This document shows, piece by piece, positions 50,215 through 60,715 of a stretch of DNA of 64,000 bases. Origin of the DNA: Leptospiraceae bacterium (GTDB lineage Bacteria; Spirochaetota; Leptospiria; Leptospirales; Leptonemataceae); NCBI GenBank assembly GCA_040217195.1, contig JAVJNR010000005.1, forward strand, positions 160,001 to 224,000, written 5' to 3'. The notes under the pieces are model-generated. The model was not told where the DNA came from. It was given only the letters and a program-made list of their open reading frames with translations, and made no database searches. Each line of letters starts with the position of its first letter. Positions within the stretch are counted from its first letter, which is position 1. Position numbers and translations under genes: made by a program.

Positions 50215-52164
50215 TCACTTCAACTGTGTCGATAAATCTTCATATTCCAGCAGGCATTCTGGATTACTTAATGCTTCTTTGTTTCGGACCGGCCGGCCTT
50301 CCACTATTTCTCGAACCGCTATTTCGACCTTCTTCATATTTCGCGTATAGGGTATAGCAGCCACTGAAAGAATGACTGCCGGGACATGCCGGGGAGAAGC
50401 CTCCTTCCGGAGTGCTTTCTTGATCAATTCTGCCTCTTCGTCGCGAATCTGTCGACCTGGATCCGGCTTTAACTTAACGAATAGCACCACTCGAACATCG
50501 CCCTGGTAGCTCTGCCCGATCACCACGCTATCTTCAACAAAATCCAGGGACTCTACAATCCGATAGATATCCGCCGTTCCAATGCGAACCCCCCCAGGGT
50601 TCAATGTTGCATCGGATCGACCCAGGAATAGAAAGCCGCCGGATCTGGTTCTCTGCGCAAAATCTCCATGGGTCCAGACATTGGGCCAGACATCAAAATA
50701 GGCTGATTGATACCGCTTACCATCCGGATCATTCCAGAAGTACAGCGGCATAGACGGAAAAGGCTCCGTGCAGGTCAATTCTCCCTGCTCTCCCGTAACA
50801 TCCTTTCCGTTTTCATCTTTGATTTCCACCTTCATTCCAAGTCCGGCCGCCTGGATTTCTCCACGACGAACTTCCATAAGTGGATTGCCAAGAGCAAAGC
50901 ATCCATTTAAATCCGTGCCACCAGAAATGGAGGCAAGCTGCACATCGCTCTTGATGGATTTGTAGATATAATCAAATTGTTCTGGAAGTAGCGGGGAACC
51001 TGTAGAAAGCATAGTTCGCACCGTTGCAAGTGAATGATTTGATTTCACATCATATTCGGCCTGTTCCAGAGCGGCAAAGTACCTGGCACTGGTTCCAAAT
51101 ACCTGAACCTTCTCATGATCCGCCAGGCGAAATAGAGCCCCAGGATCCGGATGAAATGGATTTCCATCAAATAAAACGATGCAGGCGCCTGTGGCAAGAG
51201 CACTGACCAGCCAGTTCCACATCATCCAGCCACAGGTAGTAAAGTAGAATGTGGTTTCATTCGGTCGAAGATCGCAATGAAGAACATGTTCTTTTAGATG
51301 GTTCAGAAGCACACCATGACCCTGAACCATACATTTTGGCAGTCCGGTAGTTCCAGAGGAATACATAATATACACCGCATCCATAAATGAGCGAGGTACA
51401 AAGTGGATGGTACCTGCATCCTCTAGAAAATCTTCTAAAGCGATGGCGCCGCGAATGCCACTCACATCCACGGGATCCGAGGAACCTGGAACAATAACGA
51501 TTCGCTCCATGGGTATGGCCTCTGCGATCTGCTTAACTTTGTCCAGAATCGAAATCCAGCGACCTTTGAAGAAGTAGCCATCACATGTAAAAAGCACCTT
51601 TGGTTTGATCTGGCCGAATCGATCCAGAACCGCCTGGGCTCCAAAATCCGGAGAGGCACTGGAGAAGACCCCGCCCAGGGAAGTAGCTCCGAGCATGGCA
51701 AGCACCGTATGCGCACGATTGGGAAGATAGGCAGCCACGCGGTCCCCTGGTTCCAGTCCCAGGTTTTTTAAACTCAGATGATATCGACTGGCTTCCCGGT
51801 AGAGCTCCGAATGAGTGTACCGAATTTCCTGACCAATTTCGTCCAGCGATATGAGTGCAGGTTTGTTTTCCGAAGAATTCTTCAAAAGGTTCGCAGCGAA
51901 ATTCAGAGTTGATCCTGCAAACCACTGAGTATCCTGAATTTTCTTGGCCGGAACTAGAACTTCCGAAGGAGCGGACTGAAAGTTTAAGTCGCAGAATTCG
52001 GCCACTTCTTTCCAGAAATCAGAAATATTCTCAACCGACCATTTATGTAGACTTGCATAGCTAATAGGATCTATATCTGCATTGTATTTCTTGCGCAGTT
52101 GCTCTGCGAAGGAATACATCTGGCTTTTTTCGGGATGAGCCGGAGACCATAAAACGGGATTCAT
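50215..52164 (-). CDS. Acetoacetate-CoA ligase
   Basis: VLWSP, YSSGTTGLPKC, FTTCGWMMWNWL, SISGGTD, GRSDATLNPGGVRIG. Confidence 0.95.
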   Translation of the reverse strand: MNPVLWSPAHPEKSQMYSFAEQLRKKYNADIDPISYASLHKWSVENISDFWKEVAEFCDLNFQSAPSEVLVPAKKIQDTQWFAGSTLNFAANLLKNSSENKPALISLDEIGQEIRYTHSELYREASRYHLSLKNLGLEPGDRVAAYLPNRAHTVLAMLGATSLGGVFSSASPDFGAQAVLDRFGQIKPKVLFTCDGYFFKGRWISILDKVKQIAEAIPMERIVIVPGSSDPVDVSGIRGAIALEDFLEDAGTIHFVPRSFMDAVYIMYSSGTTGLPKCMVQGHGVLLNHLKEHVLHCDLRPNETTFYFTTCGWMMWNWLVSALATGACIVLFDGNPFHPDPGALFRLADHEKVQVFGTSARYFAALEQAEYDVKSNHSLATVRTMLSTGSPLLPEQFDYIYKSIKSDVQLASISGGTDLNGCFALGNPLMEVRRGEIQAAGLGMKVEIKDENGKDVTGEQGELTCTEPFPSMPLYFWNDPDGKRYQSAYFDVWPNVWTHGDFAQRTRSGGFLFLGRSDATLNPGGVRIGTADIYRIVESLDFVEDSVVIGQSYQGDVRVVLFVKLKPDPGRQIRDEEAELIKKALRKEASPRHVPAVILSVAAIPYTRNMKKVEIAVREIVEGRPVRNKEALSNPECLLEYEDLSTQLK

Positions 52165-52342
52165 TTGCTCAGAATGCAAGACCGCCGCCGCTCCATGCAA
52201 GTAGATTCCAGGCCCGCATCCACCTGATTCACAGGCAACAAGCGGGCTCGATTTAAGGACTGAGTTGAAAAGGCAATATTTAAAGCACTACCCGGTTATG
52301 AATCGTCTTTTGGCCGATTCGGTTAACATCAAGAACGTCCGC

Positions 52343-54265
52343 TCAGTCTTTGTCCAGAACGTCAAAATAGGGCGGCGCTGAATTACCGGCCAGATCCTTT
52401 ACCTGAATGCTCAGATAGGACCCTCCTTCGCCAATCCAGATTTCCGGTACACGAATTCGAAGCATGGATCTATCCCCGGCCCATTCAAATCCCACAGGAA
52501 TTCCATCCAGGAATACCGCTGTAGTATCTCGATCAATCCAGGATTCTCGATCATAGATATCGTACTGCAACAAACGAATGGGATTCGCTTCATCCTGGAT
52601 CTGAACCAGATCATCTTCCGGCCGCTGCCAGGCAAAGGATGGATGAATCACAGGAGTACCGGTGTCACGCAGTACGGCAAAGATTCCCCCACGCTTCAAT
52701 CTAAGTCGATAGAAGGCTCTGGTTTCGGTTTCCTGGTAGGGTTTACCCATCCAGTCCCATTTCCCGGTGGAAGGATTCCAGAGATAGAGTTCTTCATCGG
52801 CATGCTTTTTTTCAATCTGGCCAGAAATATACATATAACCGGAGATTACCAGGTCCCGGGCATCGAATACAAAGGTCCTTACTCCATCAGATGGTTCTTT
52901 AAGACCATCACTGGCAGGGGGCAATGCGCGAATCCATTTTGGCTCAAGAATGCGAGCCCTTGCCAGGCCTCTCTGAATGCCTCCTGGAATCTGAATGGTT
53001 AAGACCAGTCCCTGCCCCTGATAGCGAAAGCTGGCGGCTGCGAAGGGCTGCAATGTGCGAAACGGCACTGATGTTTCATGCAACAGAGGATTCTCTTCTT
53101 CTGTACTGGCCGGTTCCTCTGGAGGATGTGCCGGCTTTTCAGTCTTTAAATCTGCCTGCGAAGACTGCCCGATTTCAAAAAACAGCCTGGCCCGGTTTCC
53201 CGAGCTATCCAGTACTTCCACCAGAAATGTACCTGAATCCAGTTCCCTGCGATTCCTTCTTAATGTGTCGTAAAGGTAGTAAACGTATTCATCGCCTATG
53301 GCCGTCTTTTCCGGATCGTAAAATCGATCGGCGGTTCGCAGATCCGCCGTAGCAATTCCATCCAGTTCCATTTTGTACAGGGGTGACTCCTGCAATTCAG
53401 AGGGCAAAGAATTATAGAGTTCTGGACCTATCTTCTTTTTTCCCAGGGCATAGAAGCGTACTCCATGCACCCCATTGCGATTCAGTGCGGCCATGGTATC
53501 ATAGGTCCCTATTCGATACTCTGCAGATGGTAAAGCCCGGGGCTCTGCCAGTACATATGAGTCTACAGTATGACCTTCCGTGGTAAACTTTCGATGCACA
53601 TGCTTGAGCGCAAAGGCTCGGGTGCGAGTATGAAGCCTGATAAGTGTAGGTGCGGTAAAGTCCTGTATAGCTCTTTCTGGATCTTCCAGGGGACTGCGAA
53701 AGTAACCGCCGGCGCCCACTTCAAAATGTAAATGGGGAGCTCCAGATCCGCTTTCTCCGCTTCGTCCAATGGTTTGCCCTTTCTTGAATGAGAAATAGGC
53801 AGGAAGATTCACCGATGCTCGATTCGTCGGATGCATCAGAAACAAAGCCAGTCGGAGATACTCCAGCTGAGGATGCTCACCCATAAAATCATGCATATGA
53901 CCGTACGTAAAATGCCGTCCATCGGCGGAGGCGAGAACCAGGCCATTGCCGTATCCAACCTCGGACGTATAGAGTCGGGCCGCAGTCATATCCTCCACAG
54001 CCTTAATGGGAATTCCATTTCGATTGAACGTCTTATAATCCAGCCCATGATGAAATCGGCCACCGGATCGATATTCACCGAAGCTACCGGAGATATGAGG
54101 AAATTCGATGGGATGATTGGAGCCCACCAGATGACTCTGACGGGCCTTTCGCACTTCCGGAGGCAATTTCTGACCGCAATCAGCGATCAGAAAAAGCAAA
54201 AATAAAAAGGACCCTGCCTTGCGCTTAGCTTCAGTCCGGGACGTTAAAAAATGAGACCATTTCAT
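52343..54265 (-). CDS. M23 family metallopeptidase, lipoprotein-like
   Basis: SFGEYRSGGRFHHGLD, YGHM, GESGSGAPHLHFEV; FLFLLFLIADC. Confidence 0.85.
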   Translation of the reverse strand: MKWSHFLTSRTEAKRKAGSFLFLLFLIADCGQKLPPEVRKARQSHLVGSNHPIEFPHISGSFGEYRSGGRFHHGLDYKTFNRNGIPIKAVEDMTAARLYTSEVGYGNGLVLASADGRHFTYGHMHDFMGEHPQLEYLRLALFLMHPTNRASVNLPAYFSFKKGQTIGRSGESGSGAPHLHFEVGAGGYFRSPLEDPERAIQDFTAPTLIRLHTRTRAFALKHVHRKFTTEGHTVDSYVLAEPRALPSAEYRIGTYDTMAALNRNGVHGVRFYALGKKKIGPELYNSLPSELQESPLYKMELDGIATADLRTADRFYDPEKTAIGDEYVYYLYDTLRRNRRELDSGTFLVEVLDSSGNRARLFFEIGQSSQADLKTEKPAHPPEEPASTEEENPLLHETSVPFRTLQPFAAASFRYQGQGLVLTIQIPGGIQRGLARARILEPKWIRALPPASDGLKEPSDGVRTFVFDARDLVISGYMYISGQIEKKHADEELYLWNPSTGKWDWMGKPYQETETRAFYRLRLKRGGIFAVLRDTGTPVIHPSFAWQRPEDDLVQIQDEANPIRLLQYDIYDRESWIDRDTTAVFLDGIPVGFEWAGDRSMLRIRVPEIWIGEGGSYLSIQVKDLAGNSAPPYFDVLDKD

Positions 54266-55097
54266 CCAGATGCCTGTGGAATCGAGTTTCCGGATTGAGA
54301 GGATCCAGAACCCACTTACCATCGGCCACCAGCATGTACGGATAATCTCCGGGACGCAAGTGCAATCTCAATCGAAATACACCATCCTCACCTTTCTGAA
54401 AGAAGTGGGTTTCCGGATTCCAGTGATTGAATTCCCCAACGAGAGATAGATTTTCAATACTTTCCTGGAAAGTCCTTTGCTCCAGGATTCGACTGTGCAC
54501 CGCAAATTCAACAATGCGCTCTCGACCGGCCTGCCTTTGCTTTAGAACTCGTACGGTGGCCAGCTCATTGGGATATTCACGCTCCAGAAAGAATGTTGAG
54601 ATATATCCGCCCATCCCATCATCTTTACGATTCGGATGAGTGGGATCATGCTGCCAGATGCCATCTACTCTAAACCGGTATTCGTAGCCTCTTACCCGAT
54701 GTCCCTCTTCCAGCTCTCTTACAGGAATCACTAGATAAAACACCCCCTGAGCATTTCGTTTCATTGGCACCGGTTTCCAGTTACTGAAATCTCCTGCCAG
54801 GTGCACATGCCGGGCTCGGTAGTCCTGATAGGTGAACAGAATGCCGGTACGACTGGGATTTGAGCTGACTGCATATTGCTCCCAGTCCAGCAAATGAATG
54901 TAACGAGGTGCTATGGCCTTCCGGAGCTTCTTCAGATTAAACGTGGTGTAGCTGCGAATCTGCTCAACATCGGCGGTTTCCAGTCCGGACTGCTCAGAGT
55001 TATAGGAAACGATCCCATCCGGCTCTCCCTGAAGACCTGCCAGGGCAAGAATGGAAAAAAGAAAAATGAACTGTACAGCATTTCTGGGCTTTAGCAT
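54231..55097 (-). CDS. Exported tandem CBM48/AMPK-beta-like glycogen-binding domain protein
   Basis: Two repeats: LAGDFSNW..YEYRFRVDGIWQHDP and LVGEFNHW..YMLVADGKWVLDPLNP; signal peptide. Confidence 0.85.
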   Translation of the reverse strand: MLKPRNAVQFIFLFSILALAGLQGEPDGIVSYNSEQSGLETADVEQIRSYTTFNLKKLRKAIAPRYIHLLDWEQYAVSSNPSRTGILFTYQDYRARHVHLAGDFSNWKPVPMKRNAQGVFYLVIPVRELEEGHRVRGYEYRFRVDGIWQHDPTHPNRKDDGMGGYISTFFLEREYPNELATVRVLKQRQAGRERIVEFAVHSRILEQRTFQESIENLSLVGEFNHWNPETHFFQKGEDGVFRLRLHLRPGDYPYMLVADGKWVLDPLNPETRFHRHLDEMVSFFNVPD

Positions 55098-55261
55098 ATG
55101 AGATTGTGTCCTTTGCGTGTGAGGCGTTCTTTATCATGAGTCCAGCATTCCAAATTCATTCCGATTTCAAGCCCTGGAAGAAGTCTCATTTTTTCAGGAG
55201 CGCCACTGCTATATAGTGTCGATAATTCTACTGGAATCGCTGAAGTAATTCTTACTTTATC

Positions 55262-58200
55262 ATGGCAGATACAGAAACAGGAGACAGTCGCAACGAGCAA
55301 ATCGAGGAACTGCTGGGGGACCTGGATAGGGATCTCACAGAGGTCATTTCCCCGCTGGAAGATCAGTTCAAAGAAGATCTGATGGAAATCCGGGGAGAGG
55401 ATCCCGATTTGCAGAGCATTGAAGACGGAATGAATGCCGGGGATGACCCGGAAGGCTCCGGCGCGGAGTTCGATGATGACATTTCCGACGATTCCCAGGA
55501 ATCCGGAGAGGCGGCCGAGGCAGATCCATTCGCCGGTCTGGACCTGGGCGGAGAGGAAGCAGCCGATCCCCTGGCAGATACCTTGAGCGACCTGGATTTT
55601 GGCGGCGAAAGCCCGGCCCCGGAATCTTCCGAAGATGCAGGCCTTTCTGATCTAGATGATCTTATGGGCGGCATGGACGAGCCGGCCTCAGACGATGCAG
55701 GCCTGGATTTCGGTGAGGAAACCGCACCAACCGATCCTGGAGCAGATCTGGGGGATTTTGGTCTGGATTCAGGCTCCGAAGAACCTGCGTTTGAGGATTT
55801 AACCGAACCACTGACTACAGAAACGGAAGGATCTTCCGAAGACCCATTCGCAGACCTGGGAGACTTTAATGCCGGGCCAGCCGCAGAGGACACCGATGCG
55901 GATCCATTCGCAGATATGGGAGCCGGTGATCCGTTTGCGGACAGCTCCGGAGGCGGAGGTACGGATGATTCTGGCACTGACCTGGGCGGTGGAAATGCGG
56001 ATTTCGGGGCCGACCTGGGCGGTGGAGATGCGGACTTCGGGGCTGACCTGGGTGGTGGAGATGCGGACTTCGGGGCCGACCTGGGTGGCGGAGATGCGGA
56101 CTTCGGGGCTGACCTGGGTGGTGGAGATGCGGACTTCGGGGCTGACCTGGGTGGTGGAGATGCGGACTTCGGGGCTGACCTGGGCGGCGGAGATGCGGAC
56201 TTCGGGGCCGACCTGGGCGGTGGCGCAGATCTAGGTGGCGGAGCCGATGATTTTGCCGCTGATCTGGGCGGTGGAGAAGATCTTTCCCTCAGTTCAGGAT
56301 CTGGAGATGATTTTGGAATGGATCTGGGCTCCATGGATGACATGGGCCTGGATAGTTCCGGTACCGGAGATGAAGAGGCCGGTAGCGCACCGGCCGCACA
56401 GGAAGATCTGGGCGGACTGGAAGACCTGGGTAGCTTCTCCAGCGGCGATCTGGAGGATATGGCCAGCCAGGCTCAAATGTCCCAGGGGATCGGCGAAGAG
56501 TTCACAGACGAAGAACTGGCCTCCATCCGTACCGAGATTGTGGACTTTCCGCAGGAATTGCGAAAAGCCATTATCGATGCAGTAGTTAACGAAAAGCTTT
56601 CTCATCCAGACCAGCGAATGCTGATGAATATGATCGTGGATCAGGCAGATCCAGATCAAATAGCCGACTTTCTGGAACCCCGAATGGGATTTCGTCCGGA
56701 CACAGCTCCTCCGGATGTGCGAAAAGACGGCGTACCGATCATCTATGCAGATGAGTTCTCTCCCGAGGCCCTGGGGCGAAAACGACTTAGAGCCAAATTT
56801 ATGCTTCTGGGCCTGGGCGGTGTGGTTCTTGGTTTACTGGGTGTTTTCGGTGGACTTCTATTGTACAGGAGTCTTTCCATCCAGGGACTCTATGAAAGCG
56901 GGCTGGAAAAACTGCAGGAGGCCCGCCAGGCAGGACCGGACCAAAAAGCTGAGCTTGCGGCAGAAGCGGAAAACTATTTTCAGAGAGCCCTGGAAGCAGA
57001 TGATGGTGTATACGACGTTGAATATCTAAACCGTTACGGCATCGCCTATCTAAAGGCTGGCTACTACGATGATGCATTCTACAAACTATTTGGAAAAATT
57101 GAACCCGAGTACCAATGGAATGATCCTGCTTTTCGCGCGCCATTGATCAATGTTGCCGAAGGTTCTCGCTGGTACGGACCGGGAGAACGAAAGGAAGGAT
57201 ATAAGACTACTTTCGTGGATAAAGATAAATTGCCCCGAGAGGTGCAGATACCCGGTGCTTACATAGTTTCCAGATTGCGCGACCAGGAAATGGATCGGGA
57301 GAATCTGATGGCTCTGGGCAGATTTCACTCTCATAATTCCAGACGATTTCTATCCACCGACGAGGGTCAGAAATACAAGAACGATCAACTGGGAATCGAC
57401 TACTACCGTCTTATCACTACACTGCTTAATCGACCCACCGATGCAGAAGCCCTGGCTGGTATAGGTAAGATTCATTATAACCGGGAAGAGTTTGGGGCCG
57501 CCGCCCGTAAATACAATGAAATCCTGGAAACCCATCCAGCTGAAGTGGAAGGTCATGCAGGCCTGATCAATACCTATATAGAACTCTGGGAACAGGATGG
57601 CGATCCCAGATTTGTGATCGCAAGACATCGGGAAGCGCGTAGACTGGGACTGGAAGAAGAGCTTCCAATCTACGTATTGACCAAACTGGCTGGCTTCTAC
57701 ATAGACCTGGACCCCACTGATTTACGAATCAAATATCAGGTAGATCCTGTAGATGCGGTATCAGGTTACGATCTGGATCAGAACGTAGTGCATCTTCTTA
57801 AGATCGTTTTTGATAAGGAAGAAAAACGAGATGAGGAAATAGTTAAAGGTTCTGAATACGGAGAAGGATTCTTTCAACGGGGCCGATATTTATTGTCCAG
57901 AGATGAAAGCGCTCGAGCCATGCGTCAGTTTGAAAATGCTGTAAGAACCGATCCCTGGCATTATCCGGCTCTTACAGAAATGGGCGAATACTATCAATCG
58001 GTTCTGGACTTTCCCAGGGCGGAGCAATACTATAGAGCAGCCCTTCAGACCCATGAGGCCCATCGACAGGACTACGGAAATAGACCGGAAGATGAAACCC
58101 TTATGGATGGCGATATTGGCAAGATCTACTTCAACATTGGTTCCCTGCTCTATCTTCAGAATGCTGGCGGCAGCGATCCCACTTTAATGCCACGACCACG

Positions 58201-58873
58201 CATCTATCCTTTCCGGTCCGAAAGAGCTGAAACAGAAGAAACGGCCAACCGTCGGCAGCAGCTTCTTCAGGCAGCGGAATATTTTGATACAGCTCTGGAA
58301 AAGAATCTGAAGGATTCGGACTCCATTGCAAGAGCCCATTACCGAAAAGGCTGGATTAGATACATGAGCGCCGACTTTGAATCAGCGCTGAATGAATGGA
58401 ACAAGCTGGATTCAAGTTACGATGCAGTGCATGAGGATCGTTCCATTCTTATGGGGCGAGCCAATGCAGCCTATCATGAGGACCAGCTAAGCTATAGCCT
58501 GGGAAATTATCTAAAGCTTAAAGATGAACTGGAAACGGAATCTATTCGAATCTCCAGTCCGGATCCTCAGAATCGCTCACATCGTCTGGTGTATTTGCAG
58601 CTTACGCAGGTTTACAACAATCTGGGAGCGGTCTATGAAAAGCAGTACATGGAAAAGAAGGAAGCCGGCGCTTCTCAAAACGTGCTGGACAGTCTCCAGG
58701 AACAATCTATGAGCCATTACTGGAAATCTGTGGAAACTGCAGGTCTAATTGATCTACCGGCTGAGATTCCCAGACAGAATATTCAACTTAGCTTTCCCAG
58801 GAACGGACAGAGAGAACCTTTGCTAGATGAATGGCTCAATCCTATGCTTGAAGAAGTGGAGCCAGAACTGTAA
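55262..58873 (+). CDS. FlcA-like periplasmic flagellar collar protein (acidic N-terminus, single TM, TPR repeats)
   Basis: About 400-aa Asp/Glu/Gly-rich N-terminus, helical segment DEELASIR..FPQELRKAI, one TM, then TPRs (ALAGIGKIHY, YNNLGAVY). The FlcA assignment comes from remembered architecture. Confidence 0.65.
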   Translation: MADTETGDSRNEQIEELLGDLDRDLTEVISPLEDQFKEDLMEIRGEDPDLQSIEDGMNAGDDPEGSGAEFDDDISDDSQESGEAAEADPFAGLDLGGEEAADPLADTLSDLDFGGESPAPESSEDAGLSDLDDLMGGMDEPASDDAGLDFGEETAPTDPGADLGDFGLDSGSEEPAFEDLTEPLTTETEGSSEDPFADLGDFNAGPAAEDTDADPFADMGAGDPFADSSGGGGTDDSGTDLGGGNADFGADLGGGDADFGADLGGGDADFGADLGGGDADFGADLGGGDADFGADLGGGDADFGADLGGGDADFGADLGGGADLGGGADDFAADLGGGEDLSLSSGSGDDFGMDLGSMDDMGLDSSGTGDEEAGSAPAAQEDLGGLEDLGSFSSGDLEDMASQAQMSQGIGEEFTDEELASIRTEIVDFPQELRKAIIDAVVNEKLSHPDQRMLMNMIVDQADPDQIADFLEPRMGFRPDTAPPDVRKDGVPIIYADEFSPEALGRKRLRAKFMLLGLGGVVLGLLGVFGGLLLYRSLSIQGLYESGLEKLQEARQAGPDQKAELAAEAENYFQRALEADDGVYDVEYLNRYGIAYLKAGYYDDAFYKLFGKIEPEYQWNDPAFRAPLINVAEGSRWYGPGERKEGYKTTFVDKDKLPREVQIPGAYIVSRLRDQEMDRENLMALGRFHSHNSRRFLSTDEGQKYKNDQLGIDYYRLITTLLNRPTDAEALAGIGKIHYNREEFGAAARKYNEILETHPAEVEGHAGLINTYIELWEQDGDPRFVIARHREARRLGLEEELPIYVLTKLAGFYIDLDPTDLRIKYQVDPVDAVSGYDLDQNVVHLLKIVFDKEEKRDEEIVKGSEYGEGFFQRGRYLLSRDESARAMRQFENAVRTDPWHYPALTEMGEYYQSVLDFPRAEQYYRAALQTHEAHRQDYGNRPEDETLMDGDIGKIYFNIGSLLYLQNAGGSDPTLMPRPRIYPFRSERAETEETANRRQQLLQAAEYFDTALEKNLKDSDSIARAHYRKGWIRYMSADFESALNEWNKLDSSYDAVHEDRSILMGRANAAYHEDQLSYSLGNYLKLKDELETESIRISSPDPQNRSHRLVYLQLTQVYNNLGAVYEKQYMEKKEAGASQNVLDSLQEQSMSHYWKSVETAGLIDLPAEIPRQNIQLSFPRNGQREPLLDEWLNPMLEEVEPEL
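55979..56224 (+). repeat. 33-bp in-frame tandem repeat, 7 full units plus a partial unit
   Basis: Consensus GACCTGGGYGGYGGAGATGCGGACTTCGGGGCY (DLGGGDADFGA); units start at 55979, 56012, 56045, 56078, 56111, 56144, 56177 and 56210 (partial). Confidence 0.97.
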
Positions 58874-58891
58874 AAGGAAAAAAGCGGCAGA

Positions 58892-59752
58892 CTACTTCTG
58901 AGCAGCCTGCTTTAGCTCTTTTCGCTTTCGACGGTTAACCTTGATGGCCCGAAAGAAAGTCTTGATATAGAATCCGTACATTGCGAACCAACGAATCAAA
59001 TTCATGGGTCGCACCAGGGTTCGCCAGAACCAGCTCAATCCACGAACCTGAAAATAGTCCGGAGCCTTGCGTTCCATACCGGATAGAATATCGAATGCAC
59101 CATCCACACCGATGACCACTGCTCGAGAAACACTTTGAATGTTTTCCCGTGTCCATAGCTCCTGGATTGGAAAGCCCATTCCCACAAAAATGATGTCAGG
59201 CGATGACTTTCGCAGGGATTCTTTGATTCGCTCTCCCCGCTCTTCGTTGAAATAGCCACCCTGTCGGCCAATGATGCGAACTCCAGGAAAGCTACGAGTT
59301 AGATTTAGAAACACCTTTTCCAGATATTCCATGCGAGAACCGAGCAAATAGATAGTAAATTCACGCTTCACACTCAGTCGAATTACATCCATCAGAAATG
59401 CAATCATTGGAATGCGTTCTTTGAGCGGAGTTCCCAGCTTTCGCGCAGCCCAGGGCAACCCGGATCCATCTGCAAGAATTAAGTCGCTGTCCCGTGCAAT
59501 GAAGGATAGCTTTTTGCCCGGGCGAACCTGCATCAATTTAACAGGATCTGCAAAAAATACGAAATGGGGGCCATCCTTTCGCTCCACCATATCCATAATT
59601 CGTGCCACGGCTTCATCCCGATTGACGTTATCTACTGGAACATCCAGCAGATCTACTTTCTCCAGAGAAGAAAGATCTATGCTCTTGTAATCCAGGAGAT
59701 AGTCTCTATCCTCCCGGGCCGATGCATATGGCTTCACAGTTGCTCCCTTCAT
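58892..59752 (-). CDS. WecB/TagA/CpsF family glycosyltransferase (GT26)
   Basis: LILADGSGL, ERIP, IYLLGS, PDIIFVGMGFPIQELW, GVDGAFD..RKAP. Confidence 0.92.
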   Translation of the reverse strand: MKGATVKPYASAREDRDYLLDYKSIDLSSLEKVDLLDVPVDNVNRDEAVARIMDMVERKDGPHFVFFADPVKLMQVRPGKKLSFIARDSDLILADGSGLPWAARKLGTPLKERIPMIAFLMDVIRLSVKREFTIYLLGSRMEYLEKVFLNLTRSFPGVRIIGRQGGYFNEERGERIKESLRKSSPDIIFVGMGFPIQELWTRENIQSVSRAVVIGVDGAFDILSGMERKAPDYFQVRGLSWFWRTLVRPMNLIRWFAMYGFYIKTFFRAIKVNRRKRKELKQAAQK

Positions 59753-59929
59753 TTTCCAATCCCGGACCGAAACGGTCGCTATTATGTCTCCATCTGGCAC
59801 AGCGGGCCAGATAAATACAGCAAATTTTTCAGCCAGGCAGGAATTTCCGCCATCGCAGGCCATTCGCCGGTACACCTTATAAGTGGGGCATCTCCGGGCC
59901 TCCGGTCCTGAATCGTATTTGCCAGATTG

Positions 59930-60715
59930 TCAGACTCTGCTTTCGCCAGTCCGGTTCCGGTCCAATGTGGCCGCCCACCCCTCTGCAGAATCCAGTATAG
60001 AGGCGATAACCGCCGGAACCAGCGCCATTTCAGGCTTATTGTCCAGGCTTGCTACGGCAGACAGCACATCCTGCCAGCCAGATGGTGTCATTCCACCAAT
60101 AAGCACCGCCGTTCGATTCCCCCTTCCCTGAGAAAAGAGCGAATGAAAACCGGAATCGGCCATTATTTCCGCCAACTCTTGCAGCCCGAGAGCTGAATTC
60201 TGGTCCCGGGAATTGGTTTTTGAATTTGTAGGATAAACCGGGCCCAGAGCAACGTAAGACCAGTGGATGGCATCCGAAGCCAGGGCTTCGGTGAACTGTT
60301 CAGCACTGTGAGTAGAACAGCCGGCAATTCCTCCGGATTCCAGGATTTGCAGAAGCATTTGCTCCTCGCGGGGGCTTAGATTCACCAGGTCCGTTTGTCC
60401 TAGATGAATTCCACAGAACCATTCCGAATGATGCCAGGCAACCTCCAGAAAATCATTGGCGATGATGGCAGGACGGCTCAACCAGCGATTTGTGCTGTGA
60501 TCATCCACATGGCAGTTCATCCACACTTGATGTAAGCTCTCGGCCAGGGCTGCATACTCCGGAGCAGAGAGATTCTTGGCCCGCAACTGATAGGGAGCCC
60601 AGCCATATTCTTTCCAGCCGGCCACCACTTCCTGTGGCTTTAAGGATCTGGCTTCACAGGCATCCAGATCCAGGATGGGATAAATTCCGGCCGGGAAAAG
60701 CTGGCTTACCATCAA
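59930..60715 (-). CDS. thiE: Thiamine-phosphate synthase
   Basis: QLRAK, IANDF, GIHLGQTD, GCSTHS, YVALGPVYPTNSK, IGG. Confidence 0.85.
   Translation of the reverse strand: MMVSQLFPAGIYPILDLDACEARSLKPQEVVAGWKEYGWAPYQLRAKNLSAPEYAALAESLHQVWMNCHVDDHSTNRWLSRPAIIANDFLEVAWHHSEWFCGIHLGQTDLVNLSPREEQMLLQILESGGIAGCSTHSAEQFTEALASDAIHWSYVALGPVYPTNSKTNSRDQNSALGLQELAEIMADSGFHSLFSQGRGNRTAVLIGGMTPSGWQDVLSAVASLDNKPEMALVPAVIASILDSAEGWAATLDRNRTGESRV

Noticed and set aside
55195..55225. Sigma28 promoter for the flcA-like gene (GTCGATAA)
   Set aside because: No TAAA -35 element at the expected spacing.
55979..56224. 33-bp repeats as a CRISPR array
   Set aside because: Units are contiguous with no spacers, in frame inside a CDS, and there are no cas genes.
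55363..56343. 326-aa antisense Ser/Pro-rich ORF (SASPPPRSAPK repeats)
   Set aside because: It is a shadow of the Asp/Gly-biased plus-strand gene. Repeat variation is confined to plus-frame wobble positions, and it has no independent domain signal.
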